A DNA stretch of 46,538 nt. It comes from a virus. Below, in pieces: positions 1-8,014 of this stretch. How positions within the stretch are numbered: position 1 is the first letter of the stretch; each line of letters opens with the position of its first letter. The stretch covers positions 1 through 46,538 of IMG/VR virus record IMGVR_UViG_3300045988_137997; one strand, written 5' to 3'. Both the position numbers and the translations under genes were made by a program. The notes below the pieces were generated by a model that had not been told where the DNA came from, did no database searches, and saw only the letters and a program-made list of their open reading frames with translations.

Positions 1-901
1 CTGGTTGAAAGCGGTAGAAGCTCGTGAGCGTGTAGCGGGCTGGAAGAATGATGATCAAGGCGAGCAATGGCGGCAATCGATTCGAGATCATGCCTTACCC
101 CACCTTGCGAATTTGGATGTAGCAGAGATCACCCGCCGAGATGTTTTGGAGGCTCTGTTGCCCATTTGGGAGACTAAGAGCATTACAGCAATGGCCGTGC
201 GTCAAAGGCTCGAAATGATCTTCGACTGGTGCATCCGTGAAGGGCTGCGTGTAAAAGAGAATCCAGCTAGATGGAAGGGAGGCTTAGCCTTCGATCTTCC
301 GTCAAAGAATTACCTTCTAAAGCAGAACCACCATGAAGCTCCGACCTTTGACGAGTTGGTCAATGCCGCCCCTGCATTGATACTAACGGACGGAGGTCGA
401 TGCGCTCTTTTCGGAATCCTGACAGCCGGACGCGTAAGCGAGTTTCTAAAAGCCAAGTGGGAAGAAATCGATTTCGACGAGCGCGTTCTAACTATTCCGC
501 CAGAGCGACGTAAGGACAAAAAACCCTACCCTCATCGTGTCCCGCTTTCGAAGCAGGCGATCAAACTTTTGGAGATGATGCCACGAGATTCGGAATTTAT
601 TTTTAGAGGCCGCCGATCAAAAACATTGAGCTTGGATACCCCCAGAACGGCGCTCCGCTTCGCTGTCTGCAGACCTGTCACCATGCACGGATGCAGATCA
701 ACTTTTCGCGACTGGTGCTCTGAAAACGGCATTGATGAGATCGTGGCCGAAAAGTGTCTGCACGCTACCGGAAATGCCGTTGTGCAAGCCTATCAACGTT
801 CTGATCTCATAGAAAGACGCCGCTATGTAATGCAAAAGTGGGCTAACGCGATTTGCGTGCACTGTGAAGAGCTTCTAGCGCAATCGACTCCATCGCCTTG
901 A
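1..901 (+). CDS. int: Tyrosine integrase, P4/DUF4102 type, C-terminal part (ORF starts at 46176 and continues across the circular junction)
   Basis: In-frame continuation of the 46176..46538 ORF through the 55-bp terminal overlap. Catalytic signature present: R (GRVSEF), HxxR (HGCRSTFRDW), H...Y (LHATGNAVVQAYQRSD). Confidence 0.85.
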   Translation, partial: WLKAVEARERVAGWKNDDQGEQWRQSIRDHALPHLANLDVAEITRRDVLEALLPIWETKSITAMAVRQRLEMIFDWCIREGLRVKENPARWKGGLAFDLPSKNYLLKQNHHEAPTFDELVNAAPALILTDGGRCALFGILTAGRVSEFLKAKWEEIDFDERVLTIPPERRKDKKPYPHRVPLSKQAIKLLEMMPRDSEFIFRGRRSKTLSLDTPRTALRFAVCRPVTMHGCRSTFRDWCSENGIDEIVAEKCLHATGNAVVQAYQRSDLIERRRYVMQKWANAICVHCEELLAQSTPSP

Positions 902-1037
902 CGCGCTGAAAATAAAGCCGCCGCCAGCGGTAGAAGGCCTCTCGGCTCACACCGTGCCGGCGGCAAAGGTCTTCAACGCAGACTCCTCGCGCGAAATCGC
1001 GCAGAATTTTCTGTCCAATTTCGTCTGTGATCTTCAT
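843..1037 (-). pseudogene. Small HTH ORF resembling the N-terminus of IS3-family OrfA transposase (probable remnant)
   Basis: KILRDFARGVCVEDLCRRHGVSREAFYRWRRLY matches the IS3 OrfA HTH pattern. The C-terminal third is antisense to the int 3' end and looks non-coding. Confidence 0.3.
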
Positions 1038-1043
1038 GGCTTG

Positions 1044-1088
1044 AAAAACGAAGCCCGGGCGCGTGTATGCGTGTCCGGGCTTTTTTTA
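1044..1088. terminator. Bidirectional intrinsic terminator
   Basis: GC hairpin AAGCCCGG...CCGGGCTT is flanked by an A5 run upstream and a T7 run downstream. It closes the minus-strand lysis operon and plus-strand int transcription. Confidence 0.7.
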
Positions 1089-1556
1089 TTTGTGCAGTCT
1101 GGCTAGGGCGTCGTGCTTTCCTGCGACTCTCTGAGAAAGGCTTGCACCTTCAGAAGATAAGCCTGCACCCTCTTCGAGAAGTCCGACACAGAGGTCGAGT
1201 CGCTCTGCAAAATGCTTGCAGGAACTTGCACCGGCTGCGGACAATCGCTTGCGATAACTGTCGGACTCGACGCGCACCCGCTCAAGCTCAATGCGCAGAG
1301 AGCCGCTATCGGCACGGCTTTCAGCCAGTTCAGCCTTGCGCTTTTCGATCTCTTCCCATGCTTGGGAAAGTGCTTCAGTTTGCTTGCGCTCATTTGCACG
1401 ATGCTCCTTTTCTTTGTCAGCCAAGGCCAGCGCATGAGCGGCTTTAAGCTCATCGATGTCGGCCTGATACAAGGCCGCCGCGAAGCGGTAGCCTCCGAAA
1501 AAAAGAGCGGCTGCCGCGATGGCAACCGCCCCGATCTTGATCCAAGTACTCATCAC
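1086..1556 (-). CDS. Rz: i-spanin (Rz-like)
   Basis: N-terminal TM helix (WIKIGAVAIAAAALFFGGY) followed by a long charged coiled-coil. Lies directly downstream of the endolysin with overlapping stop/start. Confidence 0.7.
   Translation of the reverse strand: MMSTWIKIGAVAIAAAALFFGGYRFAAALYQADIDELKAAHALALADKEKEHRANERKQTEALSQAWEEIEKRKAELAESRADSGSLRIELERVRVESDSYRKRLSAAGASSCKHFAERLDLCVGLLEEGAGLSSEGASLSQRVAGKHDALARLHK
1103..1393 (-). CDS. Rz1: o-spanin lipoprotein (Rz1-like) embedded in Rz in another frame
   Basis: ATG at 1393, lipobox LSLSG|C, and a Pro/Ser-rich mature part (CASSPTVIASDCPQPVQVP). Confidence 0.6.
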   Translation of the reverse strand: MSASKLKHFPKHGKRSKSARLNWLKAVPIAALCALSLSGCASSPTVIASDCPQPVQVPASILQSDSTSVSDFSKRVQAYLLKVQAFLRESQESTTP

Positions 1557-2017
1557 TGCTCCTCACCGATGCACCGTCGATACTCAGCTGCACGTCTGTC
1601 GACGAGCCCCTTGAGGCTCTTTCCGCTGGCAAAGTGCCAGCGTTTGATCTCTTCACACGCGCCGCGATAATCGCCGGCGTTCAGCTTTTTGACCAGCGTC
1701 GATCCACAAAAGTTTGAGCGGCCGATGTTGTAGGCAAGGCTCACATAGGCGTCGAACTCATAGGGCATCAGCGGCACCGTCACGCAAGACCTCACAGCAT
1801 CCTCAGCCACTCGAACGTCAGCCTCCAAGCGGTTCAAAGCATCGGGCACGCTAATCGTGTCCCCCAGCTTGACGCCTTCAGTCGATCCGAAGCCGATCGT
1901 CGGCACGTCCCCCGGCACGGGGATGTAGGCTTCCTCTTTGAAGCCCTCCCAAGTCGCAATGCTGATCAAACCGGCGGCCGTCAGAGACAAACCGCCGACG
2001 ACCATCCGCTTAAGCAT
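1553..2017 (-). CDS. Endolysin, GH24 lysozyme with SAR-like N-terminus
   Basis: T4-lysozyme-type motif EEAYIPVPGDVPTIGFGST. Weakly hydrophobic Gly/Ala-rich N-terminus (VVGGLSLTAAGLISIA). ATG at 2017 with an AAGGAG SD; the track ORF over-extends to 2155. Confidence 0.85.
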   Translation of the reverse strand: MLKRMVVGGLSLTAAGLISIATWEGFKEEAYIPVPGDVPTIGFGSTEGVKLGDTISVPDALNRLEADVRVAEDAVRSCVTVPLMPYEFDAYVSLAYNIGRSNFCGSTLVKKLNAGDYRGACEEIKRWHFASGKSLKGLVDRRAAEYRRCIGEEQ

Positions 2018-2333
2018 CTCGATCTCCTTTGGCCTTCTCGATCCTCTTGGCCACAGCGTCATCCGACACCTGACAGACAAGCTCTTCAATCTTGCGTGGC
2101 TTCCAAAGTCGGTAGAAAAAACGGCACGTCTCGACGATCTTAGGTAACGCCCCAACGATCATGATCAAGATGTAGACCAAAGTCAGGATCGTGACCCACG
2201 ATTCGAGCGGCACGCCTGCGATGCTCAGAGCTGACACACCAATTGCCGGTGCTGCCTTTACTGTGCCACTGGCAGACCCCGAAAAGATCGGGGTCAAGAT
2301 TCTTTTCAACACGCTGTCCTCCTCGCACATCAC
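2010..2333 (-). CDS. Holin (putative)
   Basis: 107-aa protein with two hydrophobic helices (AAPAIGVSALSIAGV; WVTILTLVYILIMIVGAL) and a charged C-terminus. Lies immediately upstream of the endolysin. Confidence 0.55.
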   Translation of the reverse strand: MMCEEDSVLKRILTPIFSGSASGTVKAAPAIGVSALSIAGVPLESWVTILTLVYILIMIVGALPKIVETCRFFYRLWKPRKIEELVCQVSDDAVAKRIEKAKGDRDA

Positions 2334-2896
2334 TTATCCTCTTCCAAACCAGATCCCTTCATGGGATGGAAATAGAGCCAATGCGGGCAGTATGGATCGG
2401 CTTCAATCTCAGCTTGAGTGTCGCCCCAAATCTTCCAGCCAGCCCCGAAGCGCACGCACTTCCAGTGGCCGAAAATCCGGTAATGCTTGACGTAGTACAC
2501 CTGCCAGCCAATCAGCTTGCCGTCTCGCTCGAGGTACCACTTACAAAGCCCACTTACGCCACTCAAATCACCTACTTTCGGATCGCCTTCAAACCACCAC
2601 AAATCACCAGGCTGGTAGTGGAGACCGAGCACAAAGTAGTTAAATCCGTAAGCCGAATTCCGGAAGAGCCACGCGCAACGGCGCATCCATGTCCAAAAGA
2701 CACCGTCACGAGGCCAACGCAGTTTGTGCTTGCGGTCACCATCACAAGTGTTGTCGGGCGTCTGGAACATCCAGAGCCACTTCGGAAGCCAGCCGTCGTC
2801 TTGGACGAAGCAGGCCAAAACTGGAGACAAAAGCTTGGCGAAAAGTTCGAACGGGACTCCGATTAATAAAAAAAGAAACCACTTAAAGTAGGCCAT
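2330..2896 (-). CDS. Hypothetical Trp-rich membrane-anchored protein
   Basis: ATG at 2896 with an AAGGAG SD. N-terminal TM segment (FKWFLFLLIGVPFELFAKLL) followed by a W/G/Y-rich domain. No family recognised. Confidence 0.5.
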   Translation of the reverse strand: MAYFKWFLFLLIGVPFELFAKLLSPVLACFVQDDGWLPKWLWMFQTPDNTCDGDRKHKLRWPRDGVFWTWMRRCAWLFRNSAYGFNYFVLGLHYQPGDLWWFEGDPKVGDLSGVSGLCKWYLERDGKLIGWQVYYVKHYRIFGHWKCVRFGAGWKIWGDTQAEIEADPYCPHWLYFHPMKGSGLEEDK

Positions 2897-2919
2897 AGCG
2901 GACAACTCCTTCAAAAATT

Positions 2920-2949
2920 AAGGCTCCCAGACACACGTCAAGGAGCCTT
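2920..2949 (+). promoter_or_regulatory. Hairpin that can sequester the SD of the second recombinase gene
   Basis: AAGGCTCC (2920..2927) is a perfect complement of GGAGCCTT (2942..2949). The second arm contains the AGGAG SD of the ATG at 2953. Confidence 0.35.
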
Positions 2950-2952
2950 GCG

Positions 2953-4095
2953 ATGACACTCACTACAAAACAAATTCAAGCTTTAAAACCGCGCGAATCG
3001 CGCTACTCAATCGCCGACGGCAACGGTCTGACCCTGCGCGTTCAGCCGTCCGGATCTAAGTCCTGGGTCTTCAGGTCGCACCATTCCGGCCGCATCACAG
3101 ACGAGACCATCGGCCACTGGCCTGAGATGAGCCTCAAGCAAGCCCGGATGATCGTCCGCCGGCGTCGCAAAGATGCAGGCCTTAAGCCGCCATCCGGGTA
3201 CGTGCTCAACGACGCCTTCAGGCTGTGGTGCGGCCTGAAAAAAGGTCGAATCGCTTCGTACAAAGAAGAACGACGTCGCCTCGAAAATCACGTCATCAGA
3301 GCCTTAGGACGCAAGCAAATCGACGAGATCACCGCGCCACTGATCATCAGCCACGTCCTTCCTATCGAGAGAGCCGGCAATCAGGCCACACTCAAAAGAA
3401 TTCTCATGCGTATGCGCGAGATCATGAATCTCGCTGTTTGTGCTGGCTACCTCCAGCACAACCCACTTGAACGCGTTTCGATGGTTTTCGCACCACCTGA
3501 GGTCGAGCCGATGCCGTCCGTGCACTGGTCTCGGATGATCGATGTCTGCCGCTGCTTTCTCGATGCTCCAGTCCGCACGCAGATCCTCTTTTGCTTTTCA
3601 GCGTGTTCGATGCTCAGACCGTCCGAAAACGCAAAGTTGCGTTGGTCCTGGATCGAAAATGACATCCTCACGATTCCTGCCGAAGAGATGAAGAAGCGCA
3701 AGGCCTTCCGTGTGCCACTTACACCCTTCATGCAGCAGATACTGGACGCCGCTAAACGACACTCTCGGCATCCACGATCTGACTATGTTTTTCCCGGGCG
3801 AACATCTGGCACGCACGTCAGCTCGCAATGTCTGGCCAAATACCTCCACACCACCGAGCTTTCCGGCAAGCTTGTCGCACATGGCTTGCGCTCCATGGCC
3901 CGAAGTTTCCTTGCCGATCGGCAAGCCCCCTTCGAAGCCGCCGAAATGTGCCTGTCTCACACCGTTGGCACAAGCGTCTCTCGGGCATATCAAAGAAGCG
4001 ACTACCTGGACGTTCGGCGCGATCTCATGGCCGCATGGAGTGACTATTTTTCAGGTTGTGCCGACAGTGCCGGCTTGAATCTCGATTTTCCATAA
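2953..4095 (+). CDS. Second tyrosine recombinase (P4/DUF4102 type); candidate tail-fibre shufflon invertase
   Basis: Arm-domain motif GLTLRVQPSGSKSWVFR. Catalytic R (MLRPSEN), HxxR (AHGLRSMARSF), H...Y (LSHTVGTSVSRAYQRSD). Lies directly beside the fibre cassettes. Confidence 0.85.
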   Translation: MTLTTKQIQALKPRESRYSIADGNGLTLRVQPSGSKSWVFRSHHSGRITDETIGHWPEMSLKQARMIVRRRRKDAGLKPPSGYVLNDAFRLWCGLKKGRIASYKEERRRLENHVIRALGRKQIDEITAPLIISHVLPIERAGNQATLKRILMRMREIMNLAVCAGYLQHNPLERVSMVFAPPEVEPMPSVHWSRMIDVCRCFLDAPVRTQILFCFSACSMLRPSENAKLRWSWIENDILTIPAEEMKKRKAFRVPLTPFMQQILDAAKRHSRHPRSDYVFPGRTSGTHVSSQCLAKYLHTTELSGKLVAHGLRSMARSFLADRQAPFEAAEMCLSHTVGTSVSRAYQRSDYLDVRRDLMAAWSDYFSGCADSAGLNLDFP

Positions 4096-5422
4096 GCCAC
4101 GGGCTTTTTCTCGCACATGAAGAGCTGCAGCCCTTGTGCCAAGCGCAGGGGCTTCGCACCTCGCTAGAGACTGACTTTCGAGGCGATTTCGACCTCAAAA
4201 AATGACTGCTCGTAACTGGACCTTTAGTCAGCTGTGCGTAGAAACTGGCATCAGCTGCAAACCCCCATTTGAGTCCGTGAAAGACTTCTCCATCAACATA
4301 TGGGTTACGCACATACATGTTGTATTCACGGCGGCCATCGTTTCGTGATGCGAGCTGTATGTATGCAATTCGATCGCCGTTTTCAGCGTAAACGGAATGT
4401 CCGTTAAATCTAGAGACATCGGGAATTGAATCATTCGAATCAACGGTTTGAGTCGATTCGATGACGGGAGCATGCGGGCCAAGCTTCAAATTGGCAGCCA
4501 TGCTGGTGCTGCCGTCCAATGCTAGGAATTTTGAACGGGTCCAAGCCGCTGTCACAGCTTCATCACTTGAGGCCTCTGCCAGTGGCCTGGGAACAAAGAA
4601 GGCCCTGTTTCCATTGGCTTTATATTCAAGAAACGCATGAGCATTGTTTTCGCTACCGCTTACGTTTTCGTACGAAAAAAACTCTAAGCGCGTCGATCCA
4701 TCTGTACCCGTTCGGAGAGTGATAACCCCGAGCCGCTCTTCAATGTCACTATCCCACCATTGAATTTGCCTATGGGAGACGTTTGATTTGTCCCCCTTAC
4801 TCACATAGCAAACTAACCCTAAATCGTTTTTAATGGATTTTTTACCAGTAACGAGTTCATTACCATCCAAGTGAACAACATTATTATCTTGAGCAATCTT
4901 GAACCACTCAGACCACTCACTCCCGTTTTTCACTCGGTAGAAAATGACGTTCGGCGTAGTTTGCTGAACACTCATTTGCCAAGCTACAGGACCGGCAGCA
5001 AATCTTCGATGTACGTGAATCAAAAGACCTGTGTAGTTCTGCGCCTGTTCACCTTTCGGTGAGTTTGCGACGTTGCTAGAGCATGTGTAGAAACCTGTGG
5101 CATCGACGTCATTCAAGTCCCTTGATGGGTAGGCATCAGACACATCTACAGCCGTATTAATACCCCCGGCAAGACCGTAACGACGAATCAACTTCCAGAC
5201 CCAAGAGGCAGGAACGATGTTCGAAGTGTTTACGTAATCTGCGGGCGTTTTGACCGTGCCGCCGCCATTCAAACTGGCTGCTCCAGTTACTTTCAGGCCC
5301 GAACTGAAAGTAACCGGAAAAGCCATAGTTGAGGACATCGCTATCCGCGGCAGTTCAACCGATTTCGCAGGGGATAGAGGGCAAATCGGCGATTGCCAAG
5401 ACGTCAATGACATTGACTTCAA
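4025..5422 (-). CDS. Silent tail-fibre cassette Sv3 (functional part about 4205..5296)
   Basis: Fibre-like sequence begins at the LKVTG site (5283..5296) and stops resembling fibre right after PVTSS (4205..4221). The remaining ORF to 4025 is low-complexity and antisense to the recombinase 3' end. The N-terminal extension to 5422 is antisense to Sv2. Confidence 0.6.
   Translation of the reverse strand: MKSMSLTSWQSPICPLSPAKSVELPRIAMSSTMAFPVTFSSGLKVTGAASLNGGGTVKTPADYVNTSNIVPASWVWKLIRRYGLAGGINTAVDVSDAYPSRDLNDVDATGFYTCSSNVANSPKGEQAQNYTGLLIHVHRRFAAGPVAWQMSVQQTTPNVIFYRVKNGSEWSEWFKIAQDNNVVHLDGNELVTGKKSIKNDLGLVCYVSKGDKSNVSHRQIQWWDSDIEERLGVITLRTGTDGSTRLEFFSYENVSGSENNAHAFLEYKANGNRAFFVPRPLAEASSDEAVTAAWTRSKFLALDGSTSMAANLKLGPHAPVIESTQTVDSNDSIPDVSRFNGHSVYAENGDRIAYIQLASRNDGRREYNMYVRNPYVDGEVFHGLKWGFAADASFYAQLTKGPVTSSHFLRSKSPRKSVSSEVRSPCAWHKGCSSSCARKSPWLMENRDSSRHCRHNLKNSHSMRP
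4205..4221. repeat. PVTSS-coding site, copy M1
   Basis: ACTGCTCGTAACTGGAC is identical over 17 bp to 8532..8548 and inverted relative to 6357..6371. Confidence 0.5.
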
Positions 5423-6728
5423 TGACTACACTCATTCTGGGGTTTGGAAGGTAGGAGGAACCTATCAAAATGCCGGAGCTTTTGGGAATGTCGGTGGTTT
5501 TTTGATCGTCCACAGCAATCGCGCCCATAACTACTTCTTTCAAATCTTCGAGAGAACACTGAATTCTGACCAGCTCCACATCAGAACCTACCACGGTTCT
5601 TCTGGCTGGCAGCCCTGGCGCAAGGTTATCTTGGAAACTGGCGGTGATTTGACGGGCGACCTCTCGACGACCGGCTCTTTCACGTCGTACAACATCCGCG
5701 GCTTTCGGCATCAGTACAGCGGCATTGACCGCGATGTAATTCCATCGTCGCAACAACAAATCTTTCCGTATGCCTTGCTCGATAAAAACGGCAAAACCGT
5801 TTCGATGTACAAGGTCATTCAAAACACCAGTGGAGGCATTGCCACTCAGATCGGCACGGTTCGGTCTGGTGATGACGGTGAGACTGAGTACGCACTGGTT
5901 GAGATTGGTTTCGATAGCGAGGGAGTCGCATACGCAAACGTCCCCAGCACGCCAAATGACGCTAACAACAATCGCGCTGCAACCTCAAAATTTGTCAACG
6001 ATCGGATCAGCGCACACGATGCGACATTGGTTCACACAACGGGATCTGAAACCATCAGCGGGTCAAAAACGTTCGAGAGCCCAGTTGTGAGCAAAGCGGT
6101 TTCGCTGATCCAAAGCACGAATTGGAGCGGGATTCGACTGAATGATACGAGTCGAACTAGTGATTCGACCAAGATGCTTGCTCAAATCCTTGATGCTGAT
6201 GGGAAGCGATGGATTGGGCTGGAAACCACGGCAAGCACTGATGGCAGTCGAACTGTGCAGTTAATTGGCCGCAATCGAGACGATACAGCCTGGCTCAATT
6301 TCATCAAGTTTTGGGAAAGAGCTGATGGAACGTACAACGTTTATTTGGCTCGAAATCCGGTTACGAGCAGTAACGACTCTAGTATCGCAACCACCAAGTG
6401 GGTCAACGATAAGTTGGCTGATTCGTCTATCACCGGCGAGGCAAAACTTGTCGAGACTTGGCACGACGGGGCCTCCTGGTATCGCATCTGGTCTGACGGC
6501 TTCATTGAACAAGGAGGCCAGTTTGAGTACGACACAAAGTTAAAAACCTACCACAAAGCTTACACATCCACCCCGAATGTTCAGATCAGTATGACTTTGA
6601 CAACATGGGGCTTAAATGACGATGGAGGTCTCTTCTTCCAATCGGGTCCTGACAAAAATGGGTTTTCTGTTAGAGGAAACGGGGACGCACTTGCCGGCAC
6701 GGTCTACTGGACCGCTAGAGGCTATTAG
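5250..6728 (+). CDS. Silent tail-fibre cassette Sv2 (functional part 5304..6728)
   Basis: Starts at the inverted LKVTG site. Contains fibre modules shared with Sv1 (NPVTSSNDSSIATTKWV). Ends ...GTVYWTARGY, like fibre 2 (YWMAIGY). Opposite strand to the expressed gene, with no credible own start. Confidence 0.65.
   Translation: MTVPPPFKLAAPVTFRPELKVTGKAIVEDIAIRGSSTDFAGDRGQIGDCQDVNDIDFNDYTHSGVWKVGGTYQNAGAFGNVGGFLIVHSNRAHNYFFQIFERTLNSDQLHIRTYHGSSGWQPWRKVILETGGDLTGDLSTTGSFTSYNIRGFRHQYSGIDRDVIPSSQQQIFPYALLDKNGKTVSMYKVIQNTSGGIATQIGTVRSGDDGETEYALVEIGFDSEGVAYANVPSTPNDANNNRAATSKFVNDRISAHDATLVHTTGSETISGSKTFESPVVSKAVSLIQSTNWSGIRLNDTSRTSDSTKMLAQILDADGKRWIGLETTASTDGSRTVQLIGRNRDDTAWLNFIKFWERADGTYNVYLARNPVTSSNDSSIATTKWVNDKLADSSITGEAKLVETWHDGASWYRIWSDGFIEQGGQFEYDTKLKTYHKAYTSTPNVQISMTLTTWGLNDDGGLFFQSGPDKNGFSVRGNGDALAGTVYWTARGY
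5283..5317. repeat. Head-to-head pair of LKVTG-coding sites (S1 5283..5296, S2 5304..5317)
   Basis: CCAGTTACTTTCAG-gcccgaa-CTGAAAGTAACCGG. S1 is identical to S3 (9643..9656). S2 is its inverted copy with 13/14 identity. Confidence 0.7.
6357..6371. repeat. PVTSS-coding site, copy M2 (inverted)
   Basis: CCGGTTACGAGCAGT is the reverse complement of the M1/M3 core with one mismatch. Confidence 0.45.
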
Positions 6729-6766
6729 CAGCGAAGGCCGCTTATTTGTTGAGCGGCCCCATTCGC

Positions 6767-7339
6767 TTACAAACACTCAGGCTTCTTTGGCCACATAACA
6801 TCAAGTGGGAAACCATCTTGCTGCGGCACATCGCGCAGCGCCTGGCGATAGACCTTTACGGCTTCGCGTTCTCCTTCAGACAGAGGATAGTCCGGCATGA
6901 CAAGATGGTCGGTCTCTGCCAGAAGCGCATCGCGCTGCGCCCGGACCTGTGCCGACGCTTCCGCCTTGACCTCTTCAGGCGTCTTTTCAGGGATCGCCTC
7001 GACGCTCCAGGACAGGTCTTTGCCTCGAGCCAGTCGATGCGTTTTGCTCCCGGCTGTGAGCGCCACAAAGAGCTTCTTCAATGTGTAGTCGTGAGGTGTT
7101 CTTGACTCATGTGCAACCACCATGCCAACGCACTCTTCAGGTGTAGTCGGGATCTTTTCTTCGAGCCACTTCTCGCCATCAAACCGGTAGAAGCAATCTT
7201 CCTTGCACGCCGGCGCAATTGTCGTGCAATTGTCCGGCATTGAAATAATTTCGCGCGTTACGTCATCAACTTGCGCGATAGTCGTTCCTGCGAAATAACC
7301 TTTTGAATCGTATTCATATACGTCAATTAAATTTTCCAT
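6767..7339 (-). CDS. Tail fibre assembly chaperone (Tfa)
   Basis: C-terminal motif DHLVMPDYPLSEGEREAVKVYRQALRDVPQQDGFPLDVMWPKKP is the classic Mu U / P2 G type. ATG at 7339. Confidence 0.8.
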   Translation of the reverse strand: MENLIDVYEYDSKGYFAGTTIAQVDDVTREIISMPDNCTTIAPACKEDCFYRFDGEKWLEEKIPTTPEECVGMVVAHESRTPHDYTLKKLFVALTAGSKTHRLARGKDLSWSVEAIPEKTPEEVKAEASAQVRAQRDALLAETDHLVMPDYPLSEGEREAVKVYRQALRDVPQQDGFPLDVMWPKKPECL

Positions 7340-7360
7340 TTTTAATTCCTTTATCAATAA

Positions 7361-7582
7361 CCGAACATCACTGGAGTTTGGTCTACAACTGGATATTCAA
7401 GAGATTCAATGCTGGCATACGGTGCTATATCTCACGAATATACTGGTCGTAAAAGTTCTGATGGACAAAACAACGTTGCTGGCGAACTAACTTTTGATGC
7501 TTCTCGTTGTAGTTCCGTTTTTGGTAAATCATCCGAAATCCAACCTCCCTCAGGCAAAGCCTTATGGATAATCAAGGTGTAA
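7361..7582 (+). CDS. Silent fibre-tip cassette A (73 aa, no start codon)
   Basis: Begins CCGAACATCAC (PNITG), is preceded by an in-frame TAA, and ends ...FDASRCSSVFGKSSEIQPPSGKALWIIKV*. Confidence 0.7.
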   Translation, partial: PNITGVWSTTGYSRDSMLAYGAISHEYTGRKSSDGQNNVAGELTFDASRCSSVFGKSSEIQPPSGKALWIIKV

Positions 7583-7801
7583 CCGAACATCACGGGTTAT
7601 ATCGGTGGCGGCGGACAGTCTGGCAACACAATTTATGGAGGCGCGTTCTACAACTATGGGCAAAATCAAAATACGGCAGATGACGGAAATTCGACCGTGC
7701 CGGTGATTGGTTTCGACGCAAGTCGTAGTTCTGCTGTGTATGGGGCCTCAGACGTTATTCAGCCTCCTTCTGGAAAAGCTTTATGGATCATCAAAACCTA
7801 A
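7583..7801 (+). CDS. Silent fibre-tip cassette B (72 aa, no start codon)
   Basis: Begins CCGAACATCACGGG directly after the TAA of cassette A. Ends ...FDASRSSAVYGASDVIQPPSGKALWIIKT*. Confidence 0.7.
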   Translation, partial: PNITGYIGGGGQSGNTIYGGAFYNYGQNQNTADDGNSTVPVIGFDASRSSAVYGASDVIQPPSGKALWIIKT

Positions 7802-7804
7802 TTT

Positions 7805-8014
7805 CCGAACATCATAGGCTCGTTCGTGGCTCACTACGGCAACAACCCTGTTTCCGGAGCTTTTTACAAGACCGGTACGGGCCGCTCAAAAAGCGGTACT
7901 GACAATGACGGCCAGGCGATTTCTTTCGATGCCTCATTGTGCAGCTCCGTATACGGTGCCGCAGACGTGATCCAGCCACCAGCCGGAAAGGCCTTGTGGA
8001 TCATCAAACTTTAA
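7805..8014 (+). CDS. Silent fibre-tip cassette C (69 aa)
   Basis: Begins CCGAACATCA (PNIIG) 3 nt after the TAA of cassette B. Ends ...FDASLCSSVYGAADVIQPPAGKALWIIKL*. Overlaps tail-to-tail with the expressed tip. Confidence 0.7.
   Translation, partial: PNIIGSFVAHYGNNPVSGAFYKTGTGRSKSGTDNDGQAISFDASLCSSVYGAADVIQPPAGKALWIIKL

Noticed and set aside
1-55. Terminal direct repeats could be attL/attR or phage terminal redundancy.
   Set aside because: The repeat lies inside an ORF and preserves its reading frame. It has a k-mer-like length of 55 bp with perfect identity. An assembly overlap from circularisation is the simpler explanation.
5211-5226. GATGTTCG (TSNIV on the minus strand of Sv3) partly matches the tier-3 core.
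   Set aside because: Only 8 bp match, the right half of the core is absent, and no tip-like cassette is associated with it.
5283-5317. The 14-bp inverted repeat could be a transcription terminator or an ordinary RNA hairpin.
   Set aside because: No T-run follows on either strand. Each arm coincides with the start of a fibre cassette and matches the junction in the expressed gene.
7361-8014. A regularly spaced short repeat (CCGAACATCA every ~220 bp) could be a CRISPR array, or the template and variable repeats of a diversity-generating retroelement.
   Set aside because: The 'spacers' are in-frame paralogous coding cassettes with conserved C-terminal motifs. They differ throughout rather than only at adenines. 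No reverse transcriptase or cas gene exists in the genome.
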